From the NCBI GenBank assembly GCA_965285935.1, contig OZ260661.1, positions 46,438,001-46,502,000 of the forward strand: a stretch of DNA of 64,000 nt. Direction: 5' to 3'. Below, one piece after another: positions 12,331-26,870 of the stretch. The stretch is from Ophelia neglecta (lineage: Eukaryota). The notes under the pieces are model-generated. The model was not told the origin of the DNA, did not search any database, and saw only the letters and a program-made list of their open reading frames with translations. The position numbers and the translations under genes were made by a program. Within the stretch, counting starts at the first letter, position 1. Each line of letters begins with the position of its first letter.

Positions 12331-15106
12331 AGAAATGACTACAAATGGTTTCCCAGCTTGTGTGGTGAGCATGCAGTGAACATTCAAGACAATATATTAT
12401 TAAAAGTGCTTTTAAATGAAACAAATATATGTTCACTGTGTTCAGCATATATCAGATCACAAGAATGATGTGTTTCCTTTAAAGTGTAGCTTTACATTAA
12501 ATGGTTTTACACTATGTTGTAGATATCTCATATCCTTATTACCATTGCCTTATTACATGCCATATTTTCAACTGTGTCTGAAAAATGGTTTCATTGGAAT
12601 ATGATACTTACCTCTAATAGTCATTAAGACCTTCTCAGATAAATTAGCAATTAGCAAATCTTATTATTGCTTACACAGTTTTGCGCATAAATACTGTTTC
12701 TCAGATGATGTTTCAATGAATAAACAAATATTGAAAAAATTAACTGCATTTGAGGAAAATCACCAAGGAAGTCATTAAAATAGGTTATTCTTTTCTGGCT
12801 ATGGATATTGCTCGTTGCACTGCATTTAAATCATTCAGCCAGTGTGTTTATATTTGCCAAATGGCTTTGATTCCAAACCGTTTCTTTCAGTTCAAACAAA
12901 TGACTATCTCCGCTTCAAGTTCAATGAAAACAACCTACTGCAGTGAAGAGAAACACATCTTTCTGTGAATCACTGTAGAACTTTTTGAAGGCTAGTGCTG
13001 TGGACATGTCAGCTTGAGGCTACTGTCATGGCAACTGCTTGAGTAGGGAAACTGGGTTAGACGGGCCACTTAATGAAGAGTTTTTTTATGAAGAAAAAAA
13101 ATAAATTGAGTTCAGAGTGAAGGAAGGCTTTCACTTGATAAGATTGTATAATTAATGACAAATCAACTACAACTTTCATTACAATGTTGATATCCTATTA
13201 TTTTCACGTTGTTTTTTTTGTTCACGTCTCTACCCCTGTGGATTGGAAATAACATTTGCCATTCTGACTGGTTATCTTATGATGTGATGCTTCTTAATTA
13301 GATTGTCTGAAAGCAGTCTATCTTCATGGAGTGGCAGAATCTGAAAAATGACCAAGCAAATATAATACAGACAATTCATACATTGTGGTAATTGACAGTG
13401 ACATTATAATCAGTTCATTCTAAGGGTGAAGCTGATTGGCTGCTTAGAGTGCATGTCCAATTGTACCTTGATTGAAATTTAGGGAAAAAAAACTAATCAA
13501 CAATGGACACCCAGGCACATTTTAATACAATTTGGCTAGGGATTTGAGGAATTAGTTAAGATACATGCATGAAATTGCAAGCCCTATTAGCAAGTTAATA
13601 TAACTTGGTAATTTCTGCTGAGATAAATAAAAAATTACTGAGTGTTTTTGATTGATAAACAATAGCAATAAAGCCATTTGAAAGCTTGTCGTTTTTGCAC
13701 ATTTATTGCCAATTTTGTCGCAGATAATTAGTGTAACAATCTACATGGGGAGAAACGGTGGCTAGTTTACAGCACACAGTGGAGTCTGTAATAGATTTAT
13801 TGTTTTGCCTAACTTTGTAGAAGCTTTTGGGCCACTTGTGGGATTTAGGATGCTAGATGAATAGGACAGCACATCAGGAGGATGCATTGCTAAATTTAAT
13901 TGCGAGAATCATTACTGCTGAATGAAAGATATAGAGATAGAACCAATTTCTCAGTTGCCAGTAATCAAGAGAGATGCTTCATTGGCTAAATTATATCATG
14001 GAATTTCTTGCAAGGGATGATAAATGCTCTGCTTAATTAAGCACACAGACTACTCTCTTTTGTTTGAAAGAACGTTTTACAAAGAAATGGCGAATCTCAC
14101 GCGTTTGTGAACACTTTGAATTATGATTTCCTTTGAAGGGTTAGGTCATAAAATTATCTTTGCACAGATACATTTTAGAACTGTTTTTCAGTCATCCAAC
14201 TACTGTCATAATTCTTTACTCAAGGCAGGACAATGTCCCCTGCTTGAGGTAGTTTTTCAACTCTTCAAAGTTCTCACAAGGTGTATGTAACACACCACTG
14301 GTCCGCAGATGTCTGCTGAACACAATATCATTACAAAGTACTGGTACATACACACTGAAACCCTTTCATACACATTCATGTATATTGTCAAGTGTATAAA
14401 GGTGTATTACCACCTTGATAATTCAAAATTGATCACTACCAAGTGATTCAAAGATGAAAATCAGCTTTATAAATGAACATTACTGAATAAAAGTGAATAG
14501 CCATAAAGCCATGTTTAGTTCCATCATTTTTGTCACAAAGTTTAACTGAAAGCTGCTTTCTAAGTTTGTGATACAAACCTAACCCACAAACCCTGAAACT
14601 GGACATTCAGCTAGAATGTTCTAGCTGGGCTGCCCAGTCCATTTGTACTAATGCCAAAAGATGCCTGTGCACACGAGATGGGCAGGGGAGTGACAAGGGC
14701 ACTCAACCATCATCTAGACAGCTTTAAAAACACCCAGACACAGACTTAATTTCATGACTCAGACATTTGATATGGCTGTCAAAATATTCACATTTAACTA
14801 ACTGGGCTAACCATGGTCATTTTGGGTCAGCCACATTGTGGCTGGCAAAGTTACTAAAAGCTAGATTCAAACCACCTAACAGGTGGTCATCTCAGTCTGT
14901 TTCATACACAAGTGCAAATTATTACCTTTCAAAGTTGATGCTTATGATTAAGATGGATTTTGCATAGACTGCCCTGATTGCTCAGTGTGAACAAGTTATG
15001 ACAGTACTGATGAATGGGGTGCCAATGAACAAAATAATGATGGTCATCCAGAGTTGGGTACTTTCTGTCATGGGTCAGATTTGATCCATTAAAACTGGTT
15101 TGACCC

Positions 15107-15210
15107 TGTCTACCTGTTCACTGACCATGGTAACTGATAATGGTTAGGGTAACCTCACATCTTGTCTACCTGTCCAATGACCATGGTATCTGATAATGGT
15201 AATGGTAACC
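15107..15210. repeat. Tandem duplication (two 48-bp copies, 56-bp period)
   Basis: tgtctacctgttcactgaccatggtaactgataatggttagggtaacc (15107-15154) versus tgtctacctgtccaatgaccatggtatctgataatggtaatggtaacc (15163-15210). Confidence 0.85.
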
Positions 15211-16484
15211 CAAGTTTAGAGGTATTCTGTCCTTCAGCACGTCCTCAACAACAAGAAATACTATTATTTGGGAGCAGGTCATATTCAGGAGGATGATAAC
15301 TTCAATGGAAGTAGCCAAAAATGAAATCTGCTAACACAGTTTATACATCACCTGAAGTTCAATAAGAATATAACTTTAGGCTGGTGACTGTCTTTTAGAT
15401 TTTAAAAAAATGTTTGTATCAACCATCCCCATTTGACAAATCTGGATGGCTTGCTATCATATTTGTACACATCAGTTTGTGCTGCCCCATTCACTTTAGT
15501 ATATCAATGAACGAGAGGTCGGACGGATTAAGACAGTGACTGCTTGACCTTCAACTGCCAAGCGGACCACTGATGATTGGTATTGATCTGTATACCCTTC
15601 AATATCAACATCAAGTGACCTAGGCAGGCCATTGCTCAATGGTGAGCTGGCCTACAAGCCATCACCAACAGCCTTGCCACCATTTGCTAAATCGATGACC
15701 TTATGCGTAGGTTTACATTATGCAATAGCATTGACCGTTTCATGCAAGTACTGTGATGGCTTGCCATGGTTTCTGAGGCCCCCAGCGCCAGACAGCAGAT
15801 CAATGTGCGCCGGCTAGGCCCATCCATCTCCGTCATAGACCCTGACCTTGCTGACCATCGTCTAGCTAAAACTCGGTAAAGCGTTAAACATTACGTCTGG
15901 CCAATACATCCAAAGCGCTCCCCAGCACAAAGCCTGCATTGAAATTTCTGGCCAGGCCAGTGCTCTATCTTCTATATGCTTATGAAATACAAACATCTTC
16001 ATTGGATTCATTCAGTCAAAAATATATCTGGGGAGCTGTAAACATGTATATGTGCTTTGTGTCCAAGGATACAGCAGTCTCCTGTTTGTTAACACTTAGA
16101 GGATATACTTCCAGACACTGATGTCTATGTTTTACAGCTTCATCCCACATTACAAGATTGAGGACTGGATTTTTTATATGGCCTATCCATAGATAAATCA
16201 TCCTATGGAGACATATCTTAAGCATCTAAGAGGACACATCAGTATTCTAGAACCCGTGCTAAAATCAAAAATATTAGGTCATCATGTGGAAACTTAATTT
16301 AGATAACTTCTTATATTTGAAGGGTAAGATAAAAGCTGATCACCTTCAAATGAATTCTTCTAGTTCATCTTTTCCATTGGTGTTTTCAAATTCAATGTTT
16401 TGTAGTGAGATCTTATGTTCATCTCACGCTGTAAATGAGAAAGGGTTAAAATTAAAGACTAATCATCTTTTTATTTCTTTGCAG

Positions 16485-16883
16485 CAGTTGAACCAGATCA
16501 GGACTTTGTAACATGTGGGGACTGCCAAAGGGAATTCTTACTTAGTGACTTTGTAAAATATATACAACACAAAGTAAACCGGTGTAACAAGGAGAATGTG
16601 GAGCCTTTTGAAGAACCCGAGTTTGAGAATGAAGAAGATCCAGAAGGTGTTACTGCTGTGATATCAACCCAGAGGACGAGCATATCGGCACCCATACAAC
16701 AAGAGAAACTGTCCCCTAGATCTGCCTTGCCATCCGTCTCACGAGATGGTGACCAGCCTCAGCCGGAAGAGGTGGAGGATGCCATCCAGGACAAACACAG
16801 CCTAGATAAAAAACTTGGAAATGGCCAACTTAACACCAGGCACAGGGTGCAGCTGGTAGACACTGGATCCAACACTGAGACAG
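16485..16883 (+). CDS. BCL11: BCL11 internal coding exon carrying the N-terminal CCHC zinc finger (equivalent of vertebrate exon 2)
   Basis: Acceptor ttttatttctttgcag|CAG and donor CAG|GTGAGT at 16883/16884; 399 nt, phase 1-1. Encodes VEPDQDFVTCGDCQREFLLSDFVKYIQHKVNRC (C-x2-C...H-x4-C, like BCL11A [28 protein letters not shown]). Splices in frame to 28951 (G+AA=Glu, giving ...SNTET-EPQNFVC). Confidence 0.92.
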
Positions 16884-18979
16884 GTGAGTGGGTCCACATA
16901 TTTTTTCGCGTGTGGTTACTCCCAACACCCTTGAGCCTACAATATATATATAAAAGAATGGTAGCCTTTTAAAACAAGCTGAAATTATGCCATAATAAGG
17001 TTACATCTCAGATTAGTGTCATTCTTGGATACATCCTATTTCAACAATGCCAGGCAAGGCATCTTCATCAGTTTAAAGTCAAGAATGCAAATCTATCATA
17101 ACAACTCCACCGCAGGAAAAAGTGCTGTCTGCATTTTTGAGAAACCAGACTTGTCCACCGATCCCTGTATTTCAAGGTTGCCAGATATTTATAGAGAGGA
17201 GCTCTGACTCTTGGCCAGCAGTCAGGCGCCCAGTCAAGTAATCTCTTGGCGTTTTTCTCAGTGAACCTAATCAAACCAAGTTATATAACATGATTTTTTT
17301 TAACTTGAGGATAGCTATTGGTCCATTATCGCCTGAGGCCATGCCAACATGATATATCCGGATAGTATCCAGCTAATAAATGATGACTGGGTCTCCATAA
17401 AACATAAACCACATGACTTGTATCTTAGGTAGAGTCATAACAAGATAGGCCAGACCCTGTTCCCTGGTAGGGCTAGGCCTATAGATGGTATAGGTTGGCC
17501 AAAAGAGAGAGATTCTTAAAACCCATGGGTAACCCCATCACAGGCAAGACCCTGTACTCTTTTTAGGTGAATAGATAATATAAGCTCACCAAAGAGATTT
17601 TTACATAGATCAATGGTATTTTTTAATTAATTCATTTTTTGTCAGATTAGAAAATATAAATATAAAGGGGTAATTTGGCTATTTGGAATGTTTGTTGATT
17701 GTGTAAAGTAAAATCGTATTTCTTCTCAACAGAAACAGGCAGAGGGACAAGATATTAAGTGCAAGTTGGGCTTGCATTATGTATTTTCAATATTAACCCC
17801 TAACTTGAACTATGCTAGATTGGTGGTATCACAGATCCTGTTTTCCAGGGGATATTTTTGTTGCATAATATAATTAAGCCACAGAACAATCCCTAAGTAA
17901 AGAAGGCACATCTCCTGAACACTTGGTAGATTATCACCTGGGCATTCTTTCATTACCAGCCGCCTATTTATCCTCCATGGTGTCTCTAATCATCTTTTGG
18001 CATTCGTGCACACTGGAATGCTCAGACGGACAGCCTCCTCCGAGTGGCCTTTTTTCTTGCCTATCTCCCTGAGCCGAGTTAACCTTGAAATAAAAAAACT
18101 AACTGTCTGGAGTATGTTTATCATGCCTTCCTCAAAGAGGCCAGGCTCAGTTGGTCATGTATTCCAAGGAAAGAGCAATATCCCTTGAGTTAAACTGGTC
18201 TATCTCTGGTCTGATTCTTATAGTTTCTCTGCAGCAAGACAGTACCATACACGTAAACCAGGTCATTTTCACATGTTCTTCTTGTATCAGCACAACGCAT
18301 TTCTTTTCGTATAGAGCTTTAATCAGTTAATCACTTTGAATATGAACAACAGGTTGACAAGAAAGTCAAGCCGTTTTTTAATGCGTGCACCTGCTTCTCC
18401 CAGGAGAATGGACAAGAATAGCCACTAGCCTAACCTCCCCTAATGCTGGCAACTGACCAGCACTAGCCTGCTTATAGGAATCACCTGGTAGGTAGTATGG
18501 TCACTTGACCTGACGGAAGTACAGTCTAGAAAAGAGTCTAGCTGTCAGGGGTAATCATGTTTTTCACAACCATATTTTAACAGCAAGAAACCAATACTTA
18601 GTCTATAAGCTTTTTAGATGAGTTCCCTTGCCTCCACCTTTCGTGGGTTATCAGCCTTCTGACTTGGCATGTTCAATCAGTATAGGAAACTAGTTATTGC
18701 TAAAAAAATAACGTGAAGTCATATTTGAGAGCTTACATACAGTCTTGTAGCTACCTTAGTTTGACTGGTAAACATATTAGTTACACATCCACATGTATGA
18801 TGCAGACAACAAGCTATACCAACTAACATCGCATGACTGAACTTACTGGACAGACAAGGACTATTTCTTCCAAAGTTTAATCAAGAAAAAGAAAATCTGC
18901 TGAAAAAAAGGTAATTTTTGTATCTGTGATTGATTTAAGGAAATCCTAACCATTTTGCTGAAAAATGTGTTCATGCAAA

Positions 18980-20300
18980 TTTGAGCTCAGCTTGCTCAAG
19001 CAGCTGGCCATGTTGTTGTAGAGTCCATGAGATGTCCATCCACCTGTACATCCATCCATTCACAATCAATTTTTTCTACTTCTCTAAAACTGTAACCTGT
19101 AAAATATCATCCTAATGCAACCTGACATACCTTGTCAGTCTCTCTCTGTTTATATAAATAAGGTCATTGTGGACTAACTTTTACTATAAACCAATAACCT
19201 TTGAATGTGCCTTTTCAACCTTCACAAATTTTCATCTTTGAGGGGGGGGGGGGGAGGGGAGGGGTATATTTATTTCATCAAATTTATAATCTGATAAGGC
19301 ATTGAAAAACACATGGCCACCACCTATTGAAAGGGTAGAACTCACATAGGATCACATAGGAGAAAGTTAACTCAATGGAGGGCTACCATTGTCTTGTCGT
19401 GTTTGATAACAATATCTCAAACAGTATTACCCCGGTACTTTAATCACCCTGACCACATCCAGGACAGGCGCAGAATTCTTTGTCAGGCTTAATTTTGTGC
19501 TTGTCAGATAGACCGGCAAGTTAAAACAAGCATATGAAAATATTTAGAATTAAAGTTGTCAAAGCTGTCAGCAGGACCCCCAGATATCATTCTTCTACCT
19601 GACCACCAAAATTTTAGCCACCCTGCGAACCAACAGACCTTATGGTTAACCAGGACAACACATACGAAGGGGACGGACAGGAGAACTGACACGGCCTAAT
19701 TGCTTCATGACCATCATCTGGTATTTGGGTTTAGCTTAATTACAGTACCATCTGAGCAATGGGCAACCTTAATTGTCACGCCAAGTTTGATAACCGTATC
19801 TCAAGGGGTATTTTTTTAATCCATCAAAAAAGATTCTGGATGGAAAGCTGGATGGACATGGCCTAAACTAGTAATCCCTTATTACACCCTTTGAGTAGCG
19901 GCAGAATAATTAAGTTAGTATTTTTGCTATATATACTGTATATAATAAGCCAGAATTCATAAATTTAGTTATCTGACCTTGAAAATACACTGCAAGGTCA
20001 GTTCTAAGAAAAGAATAAAATGTGCAGTTTCTGGTTTTCTATAGGCTTCCAGTGCAAATATTAGGCTGCAGGTGTTAAACATAAACCAGCTTTCATGATA
20101 TTAGTGATTTGATACTAAAAATGAACACCAAGAGTAAATCTGATAACTTGATAGGTTGTGAAAAGTGTGGTTTCTGTGATATAGGACACCAAGGTCAAAT
20201 CTGACAAATCAATAACATGCATAAAAATTTGGTTTTCTAGGAGTTATCGATGAGGTTTTAAGCTCTGGCTGCTAAAACAATAAATATTTGGACACCAAGG
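18980..20300. mobile_element. Cluster of decayed interspersed repeats (Helentron/HINE-like fragments)
   Basis: (TCCA)n and (GGAC/GGAT)n micro-repeats, TGACCTTGAAAA/CAAGGTCA blocks and CCAAGTTT motifs typical of abundant lophotrochozoan non-autonomous elements. Similar fragments occur near 61550-61820 and 63470-63800. The family assignment is tentative. Confidence 0.35.
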
Positions 20301-23300
20301 TATAACCTGAGATCTTGGGCTCTTCACTATGTACACATATATATACATTTGGGGTTGTGAATTTCTGGCTAGGAATCAACAAGCACAAAAAAACGAAGTC
20401 ATACCCAAACAATCTCCTCAGTCTGTCCAACAACCCTAGTGGACCCCCCCCCCCCCCCCTTGTGGTTATGAACACAACTTTCTATCATGATAACAAAGAG
20501 CTGGTGTAAGACCAACACTTTCCTTGAGGAAGTTAGAAGGACTGTACTGGTAACCTTGAATCTGGTGACCTCTTTACCAAGTCCAAGGAAGAAAATTGGA
20601 TTTGCAATTACTTCTGGTAGCTACATGTATATTGAACAATATACAAGTGTTGTGAAGAGTAATGCTTACTTATTGGAACTAACATGCAAATAATCTATTG
20701 ATGTTCGGTAATTTGACAACAATTTTGAGGTCATAATAACCAAACTGAATTTGCAAGGTCATATGAAGATAGTTTATTTTCTAGAGGCCTTAAACTTATC
20801 GTCTAGTAGGTGCATCAAATGTAGTGCCAACTAATATGTAGTTTAATGTAAGGGCTCTATTGATAGTGGTTGATCTTTTCATAGCACAGGTAAAAAAACT
20901 GTTACTTTCATGAGGTAAAATTTGTTATGTTAACCGTTGATGTAAACTGAATTAGAAATCAACATAAAAACTAGTGTCAGTGTAACAGTTGGTTGAGTCA
21001 CCAAGAAGGGATCAGCCGTTATGTGGATGGTTCAAGCATAAAGCCTAATAATAAATGTAACACCCATCTCACCTAGCTAATTCTTTATCATCATTTGCAT
21101 TTTACAAAGACATCAGAGATGATATGACTAAAGAGTCAGAGCCCTATACCCTTACTGGTACTCTACAACCTGATGCCTGCCTGTCTGTTCAGCTAATTAC
21201 ATAACCAAGTTCTTACAAATATTTTATAGAAAAGTTATACCATATATAGTTTTCTAATTCTTTTCACCAGATCAGAACTTATGTGCACTTCTATTGTTCT
21301 CATAAGAGGTTGGTCAATATTGCTCTTAAAGTGTCAGAGTATAATATCAAAATCCATTAGCCCCAGTGATAAGGAGCCAATGGGAGCTACTGTGAGATAC
21401 ACCTGAAGTAGTCCATGTCTATCAAGCAGTAAAGCAAACATGTTTAGATGTATTCTGTACACACGGCTAAGACATGGGGCCTGTCATCGACCCTAGTCAG
21501 AATGTTGAGAACTTTCTGTCCTTGGTCCATCGGCAAGGCCTTGAGAATTTTTCAACTGATCGTCCACATTACGCCACTTACACCTGTCAGGCCTCACACG
21601 GCTGTAAAGAGCTAGGTTTTGTGAAACAAAAGTCCAATCCAAAGGTCATATTTGATGATTTGTCATTCTCAACTGTCACTGTTCACATGCAGGGCAGTAT
21701 TTTTATCAGTAATTGCAGCCTGAATGCAATTGCGTCATAGTGGGTGGACAAAGTGTTAGCATTTCATTCTTTAGTTCTTTCAATTGTATCATATTTTGTC
21801 ATTATCATAGGTGTCTCAACTAGTAGCAAGCAAAATATATAACTTAAGCAAAGAATATAACTTAAACAGGAGGTGGTCACATTATCAAGTGAACACAAAT
21901 ACTCTACAAATAAATGTCAAGGAGACTTGTTTTTTCCCAATTCTATACTTTAGATCTTATTATCAGAACAAAGGCCAGCACTCTGATGTAGCCCAACACT
22001 AAAGGGATCCTAAGATCAGCTCTTTGTGCTGTGGATAAGTCCTTTTAGTTTCCTAAAAGTGAAGAATATTAAATCCAACTCCATGCTACTTAATTGATCT
22101 CTCCCACTCAGTAGATGCCGGCTTGGACAAGGTCACTTCTACCCCTGTTCCCTGGGCCTGGACAGCCCTGTTGCATGCTGGTCACACATCCACTCCCCCA
22201 TGGAGTCCCTCTCTGTCTATCTGTGTTCATCAGCTGCAGAGGGTGATAAATAAGTCATGGTGGGATCACCATATATTCACAGGTAAAAAGTAACCGCTCA
22301 TGGCTTCCCTCTCCTGCACCGATGGTTGTCCAGAGCATGAAAAGGTTACTCTTACCCCTGAAAAATGTCACTCACTCATGTTCAGCAAACCACAATGTTA
22401 TAATTATATCAAACCTTCACACTCATGCTTTTTAGCTGATTGCTTTGTTGTGTTTTAATACCTCGAAAATAATCGCCACTGTTGGAGAGAATCAACTAAG
22501 GAGACAGCTGTCATGACTTTTATGACAGTCACAATGACCTTTGACATCCAAGATAGGTTGCAACCTTCACTGTCCAAGGAAAGTAGAAAAACAAGGAAAA
22601 AATGACAATTTGTTATTATTAGTCCAGCATAATAAGATTCAGTGTCAATGCTAACAATAAATTAAGTATAAATTGGATAGAGGGGGGAAATCCATCTGAT
22701 GGGTAGAGGAGAACAGTGGACAGAGAGGGGAAATTGACCTGAAGGATGGACGGAACATACTTCCTAAGGTTTTGGAACATTGGCATAAGACCAAATAACC
22801 TGTGGGATGTTTGGTGTGCTGGCAAATGTTTGATTAATACACAGGGTCTTGGCAGTATTCTTAACAAGAAAATAAATTCCTTTATCTAAATGCTGACTTT
22901 TAACATTTTTTTACAAATCAGAATTGTAACAGCAAAAGCTATCTAAAGAACGTTAAAGACTTCTTTTTAATTTTATCATTTAATATTTAACAATATTAAT
23001 AAGGAGTTATTGCCATTTCCTGTCATATTTGAAAACCACCATTAACCCATGCTCTTTATTATTTTTATAACCTTTTAGTTACAACACTTTATCAAGCATA
23101 TACTTTATCACACAGTCTTTCATTTGAATATAAGGCTTTATTGTGATAATATAGTCTGCTTAGGTTAAGGGTCATTTGTTTGAAATGCAGTTTACCGGGC
23201 TTTCTACGTCCGTTGGTGCCTCCTAGTCCATTTGCGGTCATCTCTGATCAGATGACTGTCAGCAATTGGACAAAGCTGCGTAACCAGGTATAACAGGTCA

Positions 23301-26300
23301 GAGGTAATGTCGTTGGTGCTCGGGTTTCAATGGTTCACCACCCCGCAAAGCCTGGGAAAGTGACTAAACTATCAAACCATGCTGTCCGACTGTGAATAAA
23401 GTTCACTGCCTGCCTCCAAATGAATACGGTAGTAACCAGAACTGGGCACTGAAGCTCATATCCATTGGGCTACACTCAACCAGTAGTTACATTTATGTGG
23501 AAACACTGAAAAAAAAAGAGAAAAAAGACAACACTAGTACCTTAATAAATAAGAAACCCACATGGAATAATTTGGTGTGGTGCTGTCTGGTCTTGATAAA
23601 AAAATCCACTAACTGACATGTACATGTGGCTGTCCATCAAGAAGTGTTCTGTCTTAGACAAAGGTCGTCTGCTTAAATGTCTAAGGGGTCCAGGTTCAAG
23701 AAAACTGGATCACCTATGGTGTAATATTGCACTTTTAAGGAAACTCTATCTCTAAACTAGAACTTAATTGTCGACTACTTTTGTTGGAGTGTCTATGCTT
23801 TGACAAAACAAGCCCACAATTAAGAATGGTGCCTATTTAACCATATTATGGATATATCAAGGATAGGAAAAGGATTAAATGAGCCAAAAGTGCCTATTTA
23901 AAAATGGCATTATTTCTAACCCAAAAGGATATTTTGATCAGGACTGATAAAAAAAAGAACCACATTGCTTCATGTAATCAAAGGAGTTTTTAATTATTTT
24001 TTCAAAAATCTATGACCAATTGTTGAACAGTCAAAGATAATAGGAGAGATTGTCCAACAAAAGAATTTGTTGTTACATGATTAGAACCCATCATAACATA
24101 GACTGTGGACTTGGAAATTTATCATGACTTCTTGTGAACCATATACATGTATTACATATCTATTGTAGCAAAAAGATATCAAGGCACATGTTAATTCTAA
24201 CCATAACCTTAACTGCCAGAAACAAGCAAACGTTGCCCTTAAGAATAGGTTTTATGCAGCAAAAATCAGATGGGTGACCCTTTCCAACATTTACAGTACT
24301 CACTGTGGTGGAAGATGGGCAAGCCTTTCTTCAATGGACACTTTTTTATTGTTGAACAAATGAAGATTGCTAGGTATGAAAACTGTAAGTTAGTTTTCAT
24401 TTAGTCACTTGGACATTCTAGAGTAGATTAACCTACAAATTAGCATTCAACAGCCAATTTATTCCAGGGACAATTTCTCTCAGTTAGGCCAGAAGTGAAC
24501 CCCATCATGATATTGGCTTTTTCATACATTCATAATTTTACTTGTAATCTTTCTGTCCATTAAGAAAGCCCAGAAATTAAATTATAAATGTTGTGCAAAC
24601 TCTCATATTCTGTCATTCAAAGGACTTACTACCTAGTACATAGATTTTTGTGCTCCTGGTATTAAAGTATATCTCAACAACATTTTATGAGCACCTGTAA
24701 AGGGTAATGTCTATAGCTTTTTCTACCAGAGAAATGACCAATTAGAACAGACTGTGATGGTTCAGGTGTTGCAATAGCTAGGTGTTCTGTTCATGGAATG
24801 AAAGGGAGAACATCAATGCCTGTGACAGTGTCTCCACTGAAACCATTTACTACACCTGTAAAATGGTCAAAAGGATTATCATGATGGGTCATTCCTCTCC
24901 TGATGCATAGAACTTTGTTGCTATTCCATATCCTGGTATCAAATAATGTGATTTATTAGCTGTGTGTACCCTAGGGCTGAAGCTCACAGCAGATTTACTG
25001 TTTAACTTGATGTCACATGCCACAGTTTATAGCTTTTAACACCATAATGCAGGCACATTTACACGCCCAAAAAGGCCATTTGAAATGCAAAAGATAAAAT
25101 GACCATGCAACATTATGTACATGTATGGGCATTATACAGCAAAAACACAGGGGTGCTTGTATGCACTGCCGCAGGTGATATTAGTCTTTAAGAAGGCATC
25201 TGATAGGGCTTCATGGCCCATGATATGGTGATCTATGAGACATAAAAAACAGGACTGGCGACAAAAGACTCGTTCGCTTAACTTTGTAACAGCATTGTAA
25301 TCAAGAGAATGCCTTCAAACTGGACCAACTTGGTGTTTACCATTGTGGAAAAACCTTATGGCCCCTTTCTCATTTATGGGCCAATGATAAAGAAAAGACT
25401 CTGGCACCAGTGGTCATAACATAGATCAACCCAGCATCATTTGGTGAACATAAAGAGGCACATAAGGCTGACATCAAAAGGACAGTCAACAGAGGAGGAA
25501 CTGGCTGTTACTGCCCCACCAGTGTAAAATGCCCATTCCATGGCTTATGACCTGACCTTGGCAAATAAAACACAACCAAAGATGAAATATCAAGCGAAGT
25601 TTGCTTTTGTAAAGCAACATGTTTAATTTCTTTCGTTAGTTTAATGTCACGTTGTGGCAGCAGGGTGCTGCGTATATGATGGCTGGACTATTATTTACAC
25701 TCAGTTTTAAAGGTGGTGATTACATATTGTAGCATGATTATGGCCGGGCACAGACATATTGTGACATCTTCTTGCATTTGGCTGATCATAATTAGAGATG
25801 TTGGTCACGTAAGCATGTGCACACTCTGCATAAAACAAGTGTAAAAATCTCGTTCTTTGGGCTGTAGAGGTCAAGTGAGTTTGCCCTGGACAACTTTAAT
25901 GGTCATTTTTGTATTGTATGACATGGTGCAATTTCCAGTTGGTTTGTCCTAGAGTAGGTGGCTATGTGATGCATAATGACCAACCTTTCCATTTCATGGC
26001 CGCTCCTAGTGGTATAAAGTATCCAAATCAGTTGAAGCACTCTGCTCGACACACCTCTGTCTCAGTGCCTAAGGAAAATCGGTGAAGGCCACCACCCAAC
26101 CATTAGTCCAACATAACACTGGCCATTAATAAATCATTGCTATCTATTACCAAGCCAACTGTTTATTTATGGTAGTAAATTTTGCTGTAGTGAATAATGC
26201 CATATGTGAATAAGATGACCCAGACAACAAGATATGTCTCTCAACATGATATCCTTCCCAGGTACAGACAGTTCCCTTGGGAGGTACCAAAGAAAGATCT

Positions 26301-26819
26301 TTCTTTCCATATATATGTGGACTGGAGGCAGAAAACCTTGCTAAGTACATTCTAGCATTTTGCAATTATGTAGGTCTGATTACATTTTCCTACTTACGGA
26401 GGAAACTGTCATCTTTATATGCAGATTACACAATCAAATCGCGAAAATTATTGCAGGAAGTAAATATAATATAGAAATTCATTCATCAAAGAAGTTGATG
26501 CACCTCCTAAAAGTTTAGACAACACCACCTTGCATGAAGATTCTTGCACGCTATTATTTATGGAACTGTCAACACAAGATAATTTTCATCTTGTCCAGTA
26601 ATAAATCAGTTTGTCACTGTATTTCTAAGATGTCCAAGGACAACTTAGTAGACAGAATCAAATGAGTGATTATATAAACCAGGGATCTTTATTTCTTGCT
26701 CATTCTAATTACAAAAAGAAGACGAAAATCACCTGTGTACCATTGCAATCGGAATTAATTCTGCCGGTTCCATTTCCAAAAAAGACCCGTCCATCGTCCA
26801 TCATAAGCCTCTTCCACAC

Positions 26820-26870
26820 CAATTAATGAAATCGTAAATCAGTGTCATAAATTCCCAATAAAATATTAAT
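26820..26870. promoter_or_regulatory. Candidate intronic enhancer with clustered posterior-Hox/Cdx/Pbx sites
   Basis: TCGTAAATCA (26832-26841), GTCATAAA (26844-26851) and CCAATAAAA (26855-26863), flanked by TAAT cores. Confidence 0.35.

Noticed and set aside
11790-12448. Three overlapping 170-184-aa minus-strand ORFs, and a possible CRISPR array
   Set aside because: They are artefacts of a stop-free 35-bp minisatellite. There are no unique spacers or cas genes, and the context is eukaryotic.
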